The notes under the pieces are model-generated. The model was not told where the DNA came from. It was given only the letters and a program-made list of their open reading frames with translations, and searched no databases. Position numbers and translations under genes: made by a program. 64,000 nucleotides of DNA. Origin: an archaeon. Lineage in GTDB: Archaea > Nanobdellota > Nanobdellia > Woesearchaeales > UBA9642. Location of the stretch: assembly GCA_043806035.1 (NCBI GenBank), contig JAZDHK010000029.1:1-64000 (forward strand), read 5' to 3'. Of the stretch, positions 1 to 10,370 are shown in pieces (the first letter of the stretch is position 1; the number at the start of each line of letters is the position of its first letter).

Positions 1-6
1 CAGTAC

Positions 7-462
7 GTGTCTGTAGAAAGGACGTTCCCTGTTGTCATGGAAGGTGTTGCGGGCGGAGCACTTTTTGGCCTTGAAACGATCAGGGCAGAGCTCGTCCACC
101 CCGATGTCAGCGTCATAGGTATCATGAACAAGGCAGCAGGACTTCCTGTGCACGACCGCATCAGTACTGCGCAGAACACGAATCTTGAACTCTACAAAAC
201 CTTGCAGCATGGCGGTAACGTCATCGAAGGATATGGCCTGTCGTTCTGCGCGTATTATGCAATGCATTGGCTTTTTCCGAGAAGCAGCGAGAAGCTCAAG
301 TGCTGGACGAGTTTCTTGTTCAGCAGTGCATTCATTGCATCATACGAGTCAGGCTTGCTGACAGGAAAAACTCCTGATTACTGGGATATTCCTGCGGGTG
401 TCGTGGGGAGCCTGCTCTATCTGGGCGTGCATTCTTTTTTTCGAAAAAAACAAAAACTTTAA
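7..462 (+). CDS. Hypothetical membrane protein
   Basis: 151-aa ORF with about 4 hydrophobic segments. The start is uncertain because it is a GTG at the window edge. Confidence 0.55.
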   Translation: MSVERTFPVVMEGVAGGALFGLETIRAELVHPDVSVIGIMNKAAGLPVHDRISTAQNTNLELYKTLQHGGNVIEGYGLSFCAYYAMHWLFPRSSEKLKCWTSFLFSSAFIASYESGLLTGKTPDYWDIPAGVVGSLLYLGVHSFFRKKQKL

Positions 463-469
463 ATAATAT

Positions 470-483
470 CTACTTTTTAGTCA
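470..483. promoter_or_regulatory. YYACT-N4-AGTSA palindromic site, copy 1
   Basis: CTACT-TTTT-AGTCA just after TTTAAATA (458-465) and before the ORF at 506. It matches sites at 5335, 5346, 26263 and 39952. Confidence 0.45.
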
Positions 484-505
484 TAACTGTTTGTTGGGGT
501 GAATC

Positions 506-931
506 ATGAAACCGCTTATTTCTGCACTGATGATTGCTGCAGCAGCGTATGCTGGGGACAGTCTTCCCACGCTCAACGCGGCAATAACAAAACAGTGGAA
601 CCAAGAGGCGGACAGCGTACTTGCCGAGTACGACGGTAAATATGATGTGCTTGTTCAGCAAGCGAGGAAGGTTTTTGGCGAGGACATAACGGATCGTGTG
701 CTTACAAAGCAGGAACGCAAGCGTGTCCTCGACATCTACGACAGAGCGGCTGTTGCCTTGGCAAACAGGAATGAAGCTGCAGAGGTGTATGGACGCAAGG
801 CGAGAGACGCAAAGGGCTCTGATGTCAACCTGGCCCAGCTGCTCCATGCCTGCAGGCTCGGCTCCCAGTTCAAGTATGCCGCCGAAGTTGCGATGAAGCA
901 GGCATATCGCGTCGATATCGACGTCAAATGA
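506..931 (+). CDS. Hypothetical secreted protein
   Basis: Signal-peptide-like N-terminus MKPLISALMIAAAAYA, with a GGGGTGA Shine-Dalgarno-like site upstream. Confidence 0.7.
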   Translation: MKPLISALMIAAAAYAGDSLPTLNAAITKQWNQEADSVLAEYDGKYDVLVQQARKVFGEDITDRVLTKQERKRVLDIYDRAAVALANRNEAAEVYGRKARDAKGSDVNLAQLLHACRLGSQFKYAAEVAMKQAYRVDIDVK

Positions 932-1010
932 ACATTTTTTTCTTTTCCTTGTCTTCTTAATCAGAAACTTTAAAAAAACAACCAATAGTACTTCAAAAGA
1001 AGGTGATAGC

Positions 1011-1409
1011 ATGGCAGTCATTGGTTTTCAATTCACGAAAATGAGCGTTGAACGCAAGAATGTCCCAACAGGGAATATCAACATCAACAACAACATCTCT
1101 ATCGTCGAAGTCAAAGAAGAGCAGGTGGCCATGGCTACGAATGCCTTGCGCATGACCTTCGCCTTCAGCTCACGATACGACCCTGATTTTGGGGTAATAG
1201 ACCTTGAGGGATTTCTCATCTACGTCCCTGAAGGCAGCTCCAAGGACATCCTGAAGTCGTGGAAGAAGGACAAGAGCCTCCTCAAGGACGTACGCAAAGA
1301 GGTCATGAACGCAGCCCTTGCCCGGTGCAATGTCGAAGCCATCCTCATGGCACGAGAGCTCGGCCTGCCCAGCCCCGTACCCATGCCTACCCTCGAGCCG
1401 AAGAAGTGA
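1011..1409 (+). CDS. Conserved archaeal protein, possible SecB-like fold
   Basis: Four beta-strand-like segments, then a helix ending in LGLPSPVPMP, similar to the SecB layout. AGGTGA RBS and TTTAAA box upstream. Confidence 0.5.
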   Translation: MAVIGFQFTKMSVERKNVPTGNININNNISIVEVKEEQVAMATNALRMTFAFSSRYDPDFGVIDLEGFLIYVPEGSSKDILKSWKKDKSLLKDVRKEVMNAALARCNVEAILMARELGLPSPVPMPTLEPKK

Positions 1410-1504
1410 CACTTTTGCTTCATAAAGCACGACTATTTAAATAGCGGCCGTTTTCGAAACCTTTAAATTCTGCCTCCAGGTAGCCGTATGCTAAGGTGGT
1501 TGTC

Positions 1505-4273
1505 ATGGAAGTCAGGCTCAAAGTCGCGGAAGCGATGCAGGAAGACGTCAACAAAGGCATTGTGCGAATCGATGCGAGTTCTATGAAGGAGATGGGCGTC
1601 CGTCCTGGAGACATCGTCGACTTATGGGGAGAGAAAGGAGGCAGGCACACCGTAGCCATCGCTGACAGAGCCTTCCCTGGAGACTATGGCCTGAACATCA
1701 TCCGCATGGACGGCCTCATCAGGCGAAACGCCAAAGCCGCCATCGACGACATCGTCGTCGTCAAGAAAGCGGACGTCAAAGAAGCCAAAAAAGTCGTCAT
1801 CGCGCCAGCACGAGAAGGCATCGTCATCCGCGCAAACCCCATCATTTTCAAGAACGGCCTGCTCGGACGGGCAGTGGTCAAAGGAGATGTTGTCTCCTTG
1901 GGCGGAGCGAGAAGCAGACGCACGAGCTTGAGCAGCAGCCCCTTCTTTGACGACATCTTCAACATGCTGTCAGCAGAGCAAGGTTTCGGCTTTGGTCTGG
2001 GAGACCTGAAATTTATTGTCACGGATACTGCGCCAAAGGATGCCGTCATCATCGTGAATGACACCCAGGTCGTGTTCAAGCAGGAAGCTGAAGAGATCAA
2101 AGAGGACGAGGAAGTCCCCGACATCTCATATGAAGACATTGGTGGGCTAGGAGACGAGCTCAAGCAGATCAGGGAGATGGTAGAGCTGCCGCTCAAGCAC
2201 CCAGAAGTATTTGAGAGATTAGGTATTGAGCCGCCAAAAGGCGTGCTCTTGCACGGTCCTCCGGGTACGGGAAAGACCTTGCTAGCAAAGGCAGTGGCAA
2301 ATGAAACAAACTCTAACTTCATCCTCATCAACGGCCCTGAGATCATGAGCAAGTATTACGGTCAGTCAGAGGAAAACCTGAGAAAGAAGTTCGAGGAGGC
2401 GGAGAAGAACGCTCCCAGCATTATCTTCATCGATGAGATAGACGCCATAGCTTCTAAGAGAGAGGAAACGCACGGAGAGGTAGAGAAGCGAGTCGTTGCT
2501 CAGCTCCTTGCCATCATGGACGGCCTGAAGAGCAGGGGAAAAGTCGTGGTTATTGCGGCAACGAACATTCCCTCATCGTTGGATCCTGCGTTGCGAAGAC
2601 CAGGTAGATTCGACAGAGAGATAGAGATCGGTGTCCCCAAGAAGGAGGGCAGGCTCGAAATCCTTAAAATCCACACGAGAAACATGCCCCTCTCGCATGT
2701 AAACCTTATGGCAGAAGTCAATTATTTCGAGAGGAAATTCAAGGAGAACTTCAGCAAGCGCCACCAGCAGAAAGAGACGTGGGAGAGCGACCTGAAATCT
2801 GCCGAGAAGCAGAAGAAGGAATACGATGCAGAGCTCAAGCAGCTCAAGAAAGACCCTGACCAGGATGAAATGAACCGGCTCAAGGCAGAAATCCTCAAAG
2901 TCCAGAACAGAATAACCAAGCTCCACACCAGTCTCATCGAGTACAAGAAGAGCATGGACTTGTTGGAGAAGCACGAGCCGCTGCTCAGCCACAAAGCTGA
3001 CTTACATGATTTCGTAGAGTACTTGCAGAAGGAACGGCTGGGCACGCAGGCAAAGCTCGATACGAAAACAAGAGAGAAATTCGAGGCATTGCGCAAAGAC
3101 TTGTCCGAGGCAGGTTTCCTCACCCCTGAATACAATGTGGAGATAGATCTTGAATCCGTCAAGTTCATGATAACCGAGATAGCAGAAGTCACCCATGGCT
3201 TTGTGGGAGCTGACCTTGCAGCGCTCGCCAAGGAAGCAGCAATCATCGTCTTGAGAAGGGTCCTTCCCGAGATCGACCTCAAAAATGAGGAAAGAATCCC
3301 TGAAGACAAGCTGGCAGGCCTCCGCATCAGGAAGGAAGATTTCATCGAAGCCCTCAAAACAGTAAGGCCCAGTGCCATGCGTGAAGTGCTCATCGACATC
3401 CCCAACGTGAAGTGGGAAGACATAGGCGGATTGGATGATGTGAGCCAAGAGCTCAAGGAAGCGGTGGAGTGGCCACTCAAGAACAGGCATGCATTTGCAC
3501 GATTGGGCGTCAAGCCACCAAAGGGAGTCCTGCTCTACGGTCCTCCGGGTACGGGAAAGACTTTACTAGCAAAGGCAGTGGCGCATGAATCCCAGGCAAA
3601 CTTCATCCTCGTCAACGGCCCTGAAATGCTCAGCAAGTGGGTGGGCGAATCAGAAAAAGGCATACGGAAAGTCTTCCAGAAGGCACGACAGACCTCCCCC
3701 ACGATTATCTTCTTCGACGAGATAGACAGCATAGCACCGCAGCGAAGTGTCAGTTCAGACAATCACGTCTCGGAGCGCGTCGTCAACCAGCTTTTGACGG
3801 AGATGGACGGATTGCAGGACCTGCAAAATATTGTCATCGTCGCGGCAACGAACAGACCGGACATACTTGACACGGCACTGCTCAGGCCGGGCAGGTTCGA
3901 CAGGATAGCGTACGTGCACCCTCCCAACAAGGAAGCTCGAAAGAAAATCTTTGAGATTCACACGCGAAACATGCCCCTCGCGGAAGAGAAGAGCAAGAAG
4001 AAGTCAGAGGGATTCCTTGCCAAGCTCGCCGAGAAGACCGACGGCTATGTAGGATCAGATATAGAGAACGTCTGCAAGGAAGCGGCCATCTTCGCCCTGC
4101 GTGAGAACATCGAAGCCAAGGAAGTCACCATGGACCACTTCATGCACGCTATCGAAAAAGTCAGGCCTTCAGTCACCAAGGACATCGAAAAGGCATACGA
4201 GGACTTGCAGGACAACTTCACCGCCGCAAAAGGCAGAGAATTGCGGGATGCGAAGCCGAGCTATTTCGGCTAA
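1505..4273 (+). CDS. cdc48: CDC48/VCP family AAA+ ATPase with a ~160-aa insertion in D1
   Basis: N-domain, two GPPGTGKT Walker A motifs, IFIDEID/IFFDEID Walker B motifs, RPGRFDR arginine fingers and a C-terminal YFG (HbYX-like). ATG 1505 is preferred over GTG 1496 because of the upstream AAGGTGG RBS. Confidence 0.97.
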   Translation: MEVRLKVAEAMQEDVNKGIVRIDASSMKEMGVRPGDIVDLWGEKGGRHTVAIADRAFPGDYGLNIIRMDGLIRRNAKAAIDDIVVVKKADVKEAKKVVIAPAREGIVIRANPIIFKNGLLGRAVVKGDVVSLGGARSRRTSLSSSPFFDDIFNMLSAEQGFGFGLGDLKFIVTDTAPKDAVIIVNDTQVVFKQEAEEIKEDEEVPDISYEDIGGLGDELKQIREMVELPLKHPEVFERLGIEPPKGVLLHGPPGTGKTLLAKAVANETNSNFILINGPEIMSKYYGQSEENLRKKFEEAEKNAPSIIFIDEIDAIASKREETHGEVEKRVVAQLLAIMDGLKSRGKVVVIAATNIPSSLDPALRRPGRFDREIEIGVPKKEGRLEILKIHTRNMPLSHVNLMAEVNYFERKFKENFSKRHQQKETWESDLKSAEKQKKEYDAELKQLKKDPDQDEMNRLKAEILKVQNRITKLHTSLIEYKKSMDLLEKHEPLLSHKADLHDFVEYLQKERLGTQAKLDTKTREKFEALRKDLSEAGFLTPEYNVEIDLESVKFMITEIAEVTHGFVGADLAALAKEAAIIVLRRVLPEIDLKNEERIPEDKLAGLRIRKEDFIEALKTVRPSAMREVLIDIPNVKWEDIGGLDDVSQELKEAVEWPLKNRHAFARLGVKPPKGVLLYGPPGTGKTLLAKAVAHESQANFILVNGPEMLSKWVGESEKGIRKVFQKARQTSPTIIFFDEIDSIAPQRSVSSDNHVSERVVNQLLTEMDGLQDLQNIVIVAATNRPDILDTALLRPGRFDRIAYVHPPNKEARKKIFEIHTRNMPLAEEKSKKKSEGFLAKLAEKTDGYVGSDIENVCKEAAIFALRENIEAKEVTMDHFMHAIEKVRPSVTKDIEKAYEDLQDNFTAAKGRELRDAKPSYFG

Positions 4274-4277
4274 TTAT

Positions 4278-5300
4278 TTAGTATGTTTTACCTGTTTGGG
4301 TAAGAATGGCGTCGTCTGTGCTTTTTCTTAACGCAAAAGGAGTTGTTAGTATTTTCTTTTCGAAGGATAATTCTGATATGCTTCTTCTCATTTCTTCTGC
4401 CCTGTACTGAGGACTGTTTCTGTATACTTGCAGTAACGTCTCCGTTGCTAATCTTAATGCCTCTATTTCTTGTGCCAATTTTTCATCAGCTGTTCTCATG
4501 TCGGGTTTGCTTTCTTGCATGATCTTTTCTGCAAGATTCTCAGGGAGCAAGCCCAGTTGTCTGAGCTCTGCGATGCTCTTTTCGTAATCGATACCGTAAT
4601 CAGTCAATATTGCAGGATTAGGCAACTTCCACGACAGGAATGCTTCCTGCTCTGCAGGTCCTCTTCCTGCACCGATATGTCTATCGATTGAGTCATACCA
4701 TACATTTCTTTTTTTATTTTTTCCTGAGTCGTCAGGAATGAAATGGAGAAGTTGTTTACCTCCCTTGTAGAGTACATTATTGGTGGGGTGAGGGCCATAC
4801 AATCCTTCCCAGACCTTGCCTTTGAAAGAAGTTCCTTCATTAGGATATATTCGGTCGAACCAACACGGTGAATCCGTCACATCTCCTCGTGTGTTGATAT
4901 TCTCAATGCCTATGCAGACGACGCTCGGCTTTTCGATTGTGGAAAGGTGTTGTGCAATCTTGGCTTTTTCTTCTTCAGGAATGTATTCATCTGCATCAAG
5001 GGACATGACGAAAGGAGTCTTGACTTTTCTTTTTGCGGCATTTCTTGCCTGTGCGAATCCTTTGAATGGCCCGTCAAAGACGTGAAGGTGAGGATATTCC
5101 CCCTGCAAATGCTCGAGAATCTGTCTTGTTCCATCGGTCGAGCCTGTATCCATGACAACTGCGTTGCTAAAGAGTGGAAGGTGGTGCTTGAGCATCGTAT
5201 AGATGCCGCCTGCAGGATTTATGAGCTCATCGCGAACGATCATGCACAGAGTCACGTCATCCCAGTTCATGTTATTCGGTTCTTGTTTTTTCCGAAACAT
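4278..5300 (-). CDS. Glycosyltransferase family 2 protein
   Basis: TLCMIVRDE, DTGSTDGT, FAQARN and LDADE (DxD) motifs, plus a C-terminal helical extension. Confidence 0.85.
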   Translation of the reverse strand: MFRKKQEPNNMNWDDVTLCMIVRDELINPAGGIYTMLKHHLPLFSNAVVMDTGSTDGTRQILEHLQGEYPHLHVFDGPFKGFAQARNAAKRKVKTPFVMSLDADEYIPEEEKAKIAQHLSTIEKPSVVCIGIENINTRGDVTDSPCWFDRIYPNEGTSFKGKVWEGLYGPHPTNNVLYKGGKQLLHFIPDDSGKNKKRNVWYDSIDRHIGAGRGPAEQEAFLSWKLPNPAILTDYGIDYEKSIAELRQLGLLPENLAEKIMQESKPDMRTADEKLAQEIEALRLATETLLQVYRNSPQYRAEEMRRSISELSFEKKILTTPFALRKSTDDAILTQTGKTY

Positions 5301-5334
5301 ACTCTTATTTGGTAGTTCAAGTATTTAAATCTTT

Positions 5335-5359
5335 CTACTTTGTAGTCACTTTATAGTGA
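5335..5359. promoter_or_regulatory. Tandem overlapping YYACT-N4-AGTSA palindromes
   Basis: CTACT-TTGT-AGTCA (5335-5348) and TCACT-TTAT-AGTGA (5346-5359), offset by 11 bp, next to TTTAAA (5324-5329). Confidence 0.5.
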
Positions 5360-5447
5360 TAACATTACTTTGTTGTGAGATCACGTACGTATTGAAGATA
5401 CGTCATTTTATGGAAAATCATAAATACTACTGAAAAACAGGAAACGT

Positions 5448-6752
5448 ATGCAAGCAGGAGACAGAATCCAGCTCCAGTATCACGACGAGATGCTAGACGG
5501 CGTCCTCATGCCAAGCACCGACGAACACATTATAGTCTTAAAGTTAGACAATGGGTACAACATCGGCCTCAAGAAGAGAGATGTAGCCAGCATGACCGTG
5601 CTCGGCAAGGCACCGACAGAAAAGCAGACCTTTCCCAATCAGGAACGCACTGATTTGCCTGTCGTGAGCATTCTGCACACTGGCGGCACGATAGCCAGCA
5701 AAGTGGACTACACGACGGGGGGCGTCTCCTCAAGATTCTCTCCTGAAGAATTGCTCGAACTCTTCCCTGAGCTGGGCAGCATCGCTTCTATTCGGTCACG
5801 GCTTATAGCAAACATGTGGAGCCAAGACCTCAGGTTCGGACACTACAACAAACTCGCAGAAGAAGTAAAGAAAGAACTTGCAGAGGGAGTGCAGGGCATC
5901 ATCATCACGCACGGCACGGACACCATGCACTACACGGCAGCAGCGCTCTCGTTCATCCTCGAAAACATACCTGTTCCTGTCGTCCTCGTCGGCAGCCAGC
6001 GCAGCTCGGACAGGGGCAGCAGTGATGCAGGCATGAACCTCCTCAACGCCGTCTTTTTCGCAGCCCACGCAAACTTCTCTGGTGTGGTCATCTGCATGCA
6101 TCATAGCAGCAACGACGACGGCTGTGCCATACTGCCCGGCACGAAAACCAAGAAGATGCACTCGAGCAGAAGGGACGCATTCAAGGCCATCAATGCCCAG
6201 CCCGTAGCGTTCGTCAATCATGGTACAAAAACCATAACGTTCAACAGCACACACTACCTGCAACGCCATGACGGAAAAATCAACCTGAAGCTCATAGATG
6301 GCAACATCAAAGTCGGCGTGCTCAAGCAGCACACGCACATGCACGCGGAAGAATTCCTCTTCTACAAAGACTACGACGGACTGGTCATCGAAAGCACGGG
6401 CCTCGGCAATCTTCCCATCACTGCCTTCGACGAGTTAACCAAAGAACACGAGCACATCATGCTAGCCTTGCAAAAACTCATCCACCAAGGCGTCATCATC
6501 GTTCTTAGTCCAGAGACCATCTTCGGCAGATTGAACCTCAACGTGTACGAGAACGCGAGACGGCAACAGCAAGCAGGGATTCTCGGGCACAACAACGACA
6601 TGACGACAGAAACGACGTTCATCAAACTCGCCTGGCTGCTCAGCAATTACGACAAGCAACAAGCCAAAGACCTCCTGCTCAAGAACCTGCGAGGAGAGCT
6701 TGCCGAGCGGACATCCTACACGGATGACTTCTTGCAAGACGACGCATCATGA
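5448..6752 (+). CDS. gatD: Glu-tRNA(Gln) amidotransferase subunit D
   Basis: KLDNGYNIG N-domain, asparaginase motifs TGGTIAS and HGTDTM, and SQRSSDR. Coupled to gatE. Confidence 0.97.
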   Translation: MQAGDRIQLQYHDEMLDGVLMPSTDEHIIVLKLDNGYNIGLKKRDVASMTVLGKAPTEKQTFPNQERTDLPVVSILHTGGTIASKVDYTTGGVSSRFSPEELLELFPELGSIASIRSRLIANMWSQDLRFGHYNKLAEEVKKELAEGVQGIIITHGTDTMHYTAAALSFILENIPVPVVLVGSQRSSDRGSSDAGMNLLNAVFFAAHANFSGVVICMHHSSNDDGCAILPGTKTKKMHSSRRDAFKAINAQPVAFVNHGTKTITFNSTHYLQRHDGKINLKLIDGNIKVGVLKQHTHMHAEEFLFYKDYDGLVIESTGLGNLPITAFDELTKEHEHIMLALQKLIHQGVIIVLSPETIFGRLNLNVYENARRQQQAGILGHNNDMTTETTFIKLAWLLSNYDKQQAKDLLLKNLRGELAERTSYTDDFLQDDAS

Positions 6753-8584
6753 ATCTGGACAAGCTCGGCATCAGGTGTGGCCTGGAAATCCACCAGCAGA
6801 TCGAAGGGAAAAAATTGTTCTGCGACTGCCCGACCATCATCCGCGACGATTCTCCTGATAAGACAGTCTTGAGGAGATTGCGCGTCTCCGCAGGAGAGAT
6901 GGGAGAACTCGATGCGGCGGCAAAGCACGAAGCACGAAAGGACAAGACATTCCTTTATGAAGTGTACGACGACACTACCTGTCTTGTTGAGCTTGACGAA
7001 GAGCCGCCGCACGCACTGAACGAAGACGCACTCAACCTCGTGCTCGAATTCAGCGCCATGGTGCATGCAAAACTTCTCGACCAAGTGCACGTCATGCGCA
7101 AGACCATCGTCAACGGCTCCAACACCTCTGCATTCCAACGAACGGCACTCGTCGCAAGAAATGGTCACATGCTCGTGCAGGGACAGAAGATAAGCCTGCC
7201 CACCATCTGCCTCGAGGAAGACGCCGCACGAACCATACGCACGACCACCACAGAAACCACGTATCGTCTTGATCGCTTAGGCATACCGCTCATCGAGATA
7301 GCCACAGGGCCTGACATGACCACTCCTGCAGCATGCCTTGCCGTCGCCAAAGAAATAGGCATGTATTTGCGTAGCACGGGAAAAGTGAAGCGCGGACTAG
7401 GAACGATTAGGCAGGACGTGAACGTCTCCATCAAAGGAGGCTGCAGGGTCGAGATCAAAGGTGCGCAAGAGCTCAGGATTATCGACAAGCTTGTCGAATA
7501 CGAGGCACTGCGCCAGCATAACCTTTTGGAATTGTTTAAGGTACTCAAGAAGAAAAAGGCACACGTCCATGACATCCAGGACGTCACGCACATCTTCTCG
7601 GCAACGGCGGCGAAAGTCATCAAGGCAGCTCTCGACAAGCAGGGCGTCGTGCTCGGCATGAACCTGTCAGGATTTAAAGAATTCCTCGGTAGGGAAATCC
7701 AGCCCGGCAGACGGCTCGGCACGGAATACAGCGACCATGCCAAACGCATGGGTGCAGGAGGGCTCTTCCACGGGGACGAGCTGCCTAAGTACGGCATCAC
7801 GCAAGAGGAAGTCGATCTGCTCAGGACGGCGTTGCAGTGCGGAAAGGAAGACAGTTTCATCATCATCGCAGACACCTTGCCCATCGCGAGAAGAGCGATT
7901 ACTGCCGTGCATGACCGTGCGGCGATTCTGGAATTGCAGCAGGAAGTGAGGAATGCGAACCCTGACGGCACGTCATCGTTCTTGAGGCCGATGAGCGGCG
8001 GCAGCAGGATGTATCCCGAAACAGACATACCTCCTTTCTTCCCCAAAGCACGCCGCGTCTCAGTCGAGCTATGGACGCAGAAGCAGGAACGGTACGTGAA
8101 GCAGTACGGCCTTGCCAAGGACTTGGCACGAGACCTCATCTCCGCAGAAGTCGATATGGACTTCCTACAAAAAACATTCTCCCAGCTCAAGCCTGCATTC
8201 ATGGGTGATGTCATCACCTCTTCCGCCCAAGAACTCTCTATGCGAAATGTCGACGACAACACAGTCTCCTCTTTGTTGTGGAGTGGGCAGTCCTGTCCTC
8301 CGCTTTTTGCCGAAGCGCTCAAGGCATCGAATGAGGGGAGTATTCCACAAGAAAAAGCTGCAGTATTCGATTTTTTGGCAAAACGCCTGCGTGGCGAAGA
8401 GATAACCTTTGTCGACATAGCCGATGACGAGATCATGATTGCATTAAAAAAATTGTTGGCAGAAAAACCAGACCTTTCAAAGCAGGCACTCATGGGATTG
8501 GCCATGCAGCAATTCCGAGGAAAGGTGTCTGGAAAGAAGATAGCGGAATTGCTCAGTACGCTGCACGACAAAAAAAAGAAGTGA
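6749..8584 (+). CDS. gatE: Glu-tRNA(Gln) amidotransferase subunit E
   Basis: GLEIHQQ, LDRLGIPLIEIAT, RGLGTIRQDVNVSI and RMYPETD motifs. ATGA overlap with gatD. Confidence 0.97.
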   Translation: MNLDKLGIRCGLEIHQQIEGKKLFCDCPTIIRDDSPDKTVLRRLRVSAGEMGELDAAAKHEARKDKTFLYEVYDDTTCLVELDEEPPHALNEDALNLVLEFSAMVHAKLLDQVHVMRKTIVNGSNTSAFQRTALVARNGHMLVQGQKISLPTICLEEDAARTIRTTTTETTYRLDRLGIPLIEIATGPDMTTPAACLAVAKEIGMYLRSTGKVKRGLGTIRQDVNVSIKGGCRVEIKGAQELRIIDKLVEYEALRQHNLLELFKVLKKKKAHVHDIQDVTHIFSATAAKVIKAALDKQGVVLGMNLSGFKEFLGREIQPGRRLGTEYSDHAKRMGAGGLFHGDELPKYGITQEEVDLLRTALQCGKEDSFIIIADTLPIARRAITAVHDRAAILELQQEVRNANPDGTSSFLRPMSGGSRMYPETDIPPFFPKARRVSVELWTQKQERYVKQYGLAKDLARDLISAEVDMDFLQKTFSQLKPAFMGDVITSSAQELSMRNVDDNTVSSLLWSGQSCPPLFAEALKASNEGSIPQEKAAVFDFLAKRLRGEEITFVDIADDEIMIALKKLLAEKPDLSKQALMGLAMQQFRGKVSGKKIAELLSTLHDKKKK

Positions 8585-8600
8585 CGCTGCCTGCACCGCA

Positions 8601-9218
8601 TCAGGGTATTTGCAGTCTTTTTTTTAACGACACCATGACTTCTGCTCTCGGCAGGTTCTTGTCGAAGAAGAACGTCTGCAGTCCTGCTTTTTTTGCATTG
8701 TCAATATCCATCTCTTCACTATCCCCGATATGCAGCATTTCCCCTGGTTGTACGTGCAGCATGCGTGCAATCTTAAGATAGAGCTCGACTGGTTTTCCGG
8801 CAATGCCAAAATCATCAATGGAAGAATACACTGCACTGAAGTATTTCCTGTTCTCTCCAAGTTCTCTGTTGATGAACTCTTTTTCCGTCGAGGAGGTCAC
8901 GATCACTGTCGTTTTTCCCTGCAATTCTTTCAGGAGCGCGATGCTGTCGGGAAAGAACAGCGGTGTATGCTTCATTCTCTTCTCGATGCCGCTCAGCGAT
9001 TCTTGCTGCAAGGCGGACAGCCAATAGTTCAAGGAATAATAGCGATAATCATATACTCCCCACTCCGCAAATTGTTTTTTGAGAACATCTTTTGCCTCTT
9101 CGCAGGTCATACCGTGCACGACTGCATACAGTATGGGGAGCGTCTCCTGCCAGAACTCATCAGAGAATGCGGAATCGGACAGTGTTCCCTGCAAGTCAAA
9201 ACTTATGACCTTTATCAT
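8601..9218 (-). CDS. HAD-superfamily hydrolase/phosphatase
   Basis: FDLQGTL motif I (DxQ variant), GKP and HIGDSEEMDIDNAKKAG motif IV. Confidence 0.9.
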   Translation of the reverse strand: MIKVISFDLQGTLSDSAFSDEFWQETLPILYAVVHGMTCEEAKDVLKKQFAEWGVYDYRYYSLNYWLSALQQESLSGIEKRMKHTPLFFPDSIALLKELQGKTTVIVTSSTEKEFINRELGENRKYFSAVYSSIDDFGIAGKPVELYLKIARMLHVQPGEMLHIGDSEEMDIDNAKKAGLQTFFFDKNLPRAEVMVSLKKRLQIP

Positions 9219-9757
9219 CGTATTTTCTTCTCTTTGATGTGCACGAGCGAGAATACATCGTACTTGCCTAGGTGCTCACGGCCTCTCAAGTAGTCGAGCT
9301 CAATGACGAACGCGCACCCAGCAACGCGAGCTCCCGTCTCCTCGACAAGCGCAATTGCCGCCTTTGTCGCCCCAGGCCCTGCCAGGATATCATAGACGAT
9401 CAGCACCTCGTCTCCTTTGTTGAACGCATCCTTCTTTAGGGCATATTCGCCTGTGCCGTACTCCTTCTCGAACGTTCTGGAAAGAACATCCCTGGGAATG
9501 AGATTTGGTTTTCTGATTAGGCACAGAGGCACGTGCATGGCGAACGACAATGCAGCACCGATAGTGAACCCTTTCGCTTCTATCGCGGCAATCTTCGTAA
9601 TCGCTTTGCCCGCATAGTGGTTTTGTATGTCCGCTATTGCCTGCTTGTACACTGTAGGATGTTCGAGCAATGGCGTGAAATCCCAAAAAATGACATCTTT
9701 CTTAGGAAATCCATCGAATGACGCAATATATTTTTTGTATGGGTTCATGTCACTCAT
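9215..9757 (-). CDS. Adenine phosphoribosyltransferase-like protein with an atypical PRPP loop
   Basis: FPKKDVIFWDFTPLL, IEAKGF, IRKP, EKEYG and FVIELDYLRGR match APRT. The PRPP loop reads YDILAGPGAT rather than DDLLATGGT. Confidence 0.85.
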   Translation of the reverse strand: MSDMNPYKKYIASFDGFPKKDVIFWDFTPLLEHPTVYKQAIADIQNHYAGKAITKIAAIEAKGFTIGAALSFAMHVPLCLIRKPNLIPRDVLSRTFEKEYGTGEYALKKDAFNKGDEVLIVYDILAGPGATKAAIALVEETGARVAGCAFVIELDYLRGREHLGKYDVFSLVHIKEKKIR

Positions 9758-10370
9758 CCTCTACCAATATTGCTCGTGCAGGTGCAGCATCAATGCCCGT
9801 CACTTTAATAGGCAAGCAGATGAACTGGTACTCTTTCGCTTCTGCCTCGCGCAATCGCAGATTATCTATCAGGATGATGTCTTTCGCCATGAACAGCCGA
9901 TGGATGTCTGTGCTCCCCGCACGCTCAAATGACTGATAATCATACCCCAAGACAGTAATTCCTTTACTGATCAGATAGTTCGCCCCGCCAGGACTTAATG
10001 CTACATGATGAGGATTGTACTTCTCTAGAGGATCATACGAATTTTTTGTTTTCAGCAAGAGCATTGATTGTGAGATGGTCTGCTTGCTCAATTCCTTCTC
10101 CGTGATGTACTCATCGACGTTAGTCAGGTCGAGCACCTGGCATGTCCCCATCAGTCGGTCGAGGGGGACTTGATCTGACGTCCACTTATCAGTGAACAAA
10201 TAGTACGGCGCATCGATGTGCGTTCCTGCATGCGCCCCAAACTCCAGCCAGGTGAAATTACATGGCGCCTGTGGCATTCTCGCAAGGGGTTTGAGTTTCG
10301 GCTGTGCATCGTCAACCCACACAATCGTCTTTTCATTCAGCTCCATGGAAATATCGATAATGCGGTTCAT
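9750..10370 (-). CDS. Cyclase family metal-dependent hydrolase (KynB/arylformamidase-like)
   Basis: HAGTHIDAP metal motif and C-terminal LPIKVTGIDAAPARA. The start is reassigned to ATG 10370 (ATGA overlap, GGAGG RBS). Confidence 0.9.
   Translation of the reverse strand: MNRIIDISMELNEKTIVWVDDAQPKLKPLARMPQAPCNFTWLEFGAHAGTHIDAPYYLFTDKWTSDQVPLDRLMGTCQVLDLTNVDEYITEKELSKQTISQSMLLLKTKNSYDPLEKYNPHHVALSPGGANYLISKGITVLGYDYQSFERAGSTDIHRLFMAKDIILIDNLRLREAEAKEYQFICLPIKVTGIDAAPARAILVEDE

Noticed and set aside
2693-3170. Intein in cdc48
   Set aside because: There is no N-terminal Cys/Ser block, no His-Asn followed by C/S/T, and no LAGLIDADG motif. The segment reads as a coiled coil.
7165-8601. 478-aa antisense ORF, and similar long shadow ORFs such as 34189-35517, 2722-3513 and 46518-47384
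   Set aside because: They lie opposite well-supported genes, have no motifs, and are expected from codon bias.
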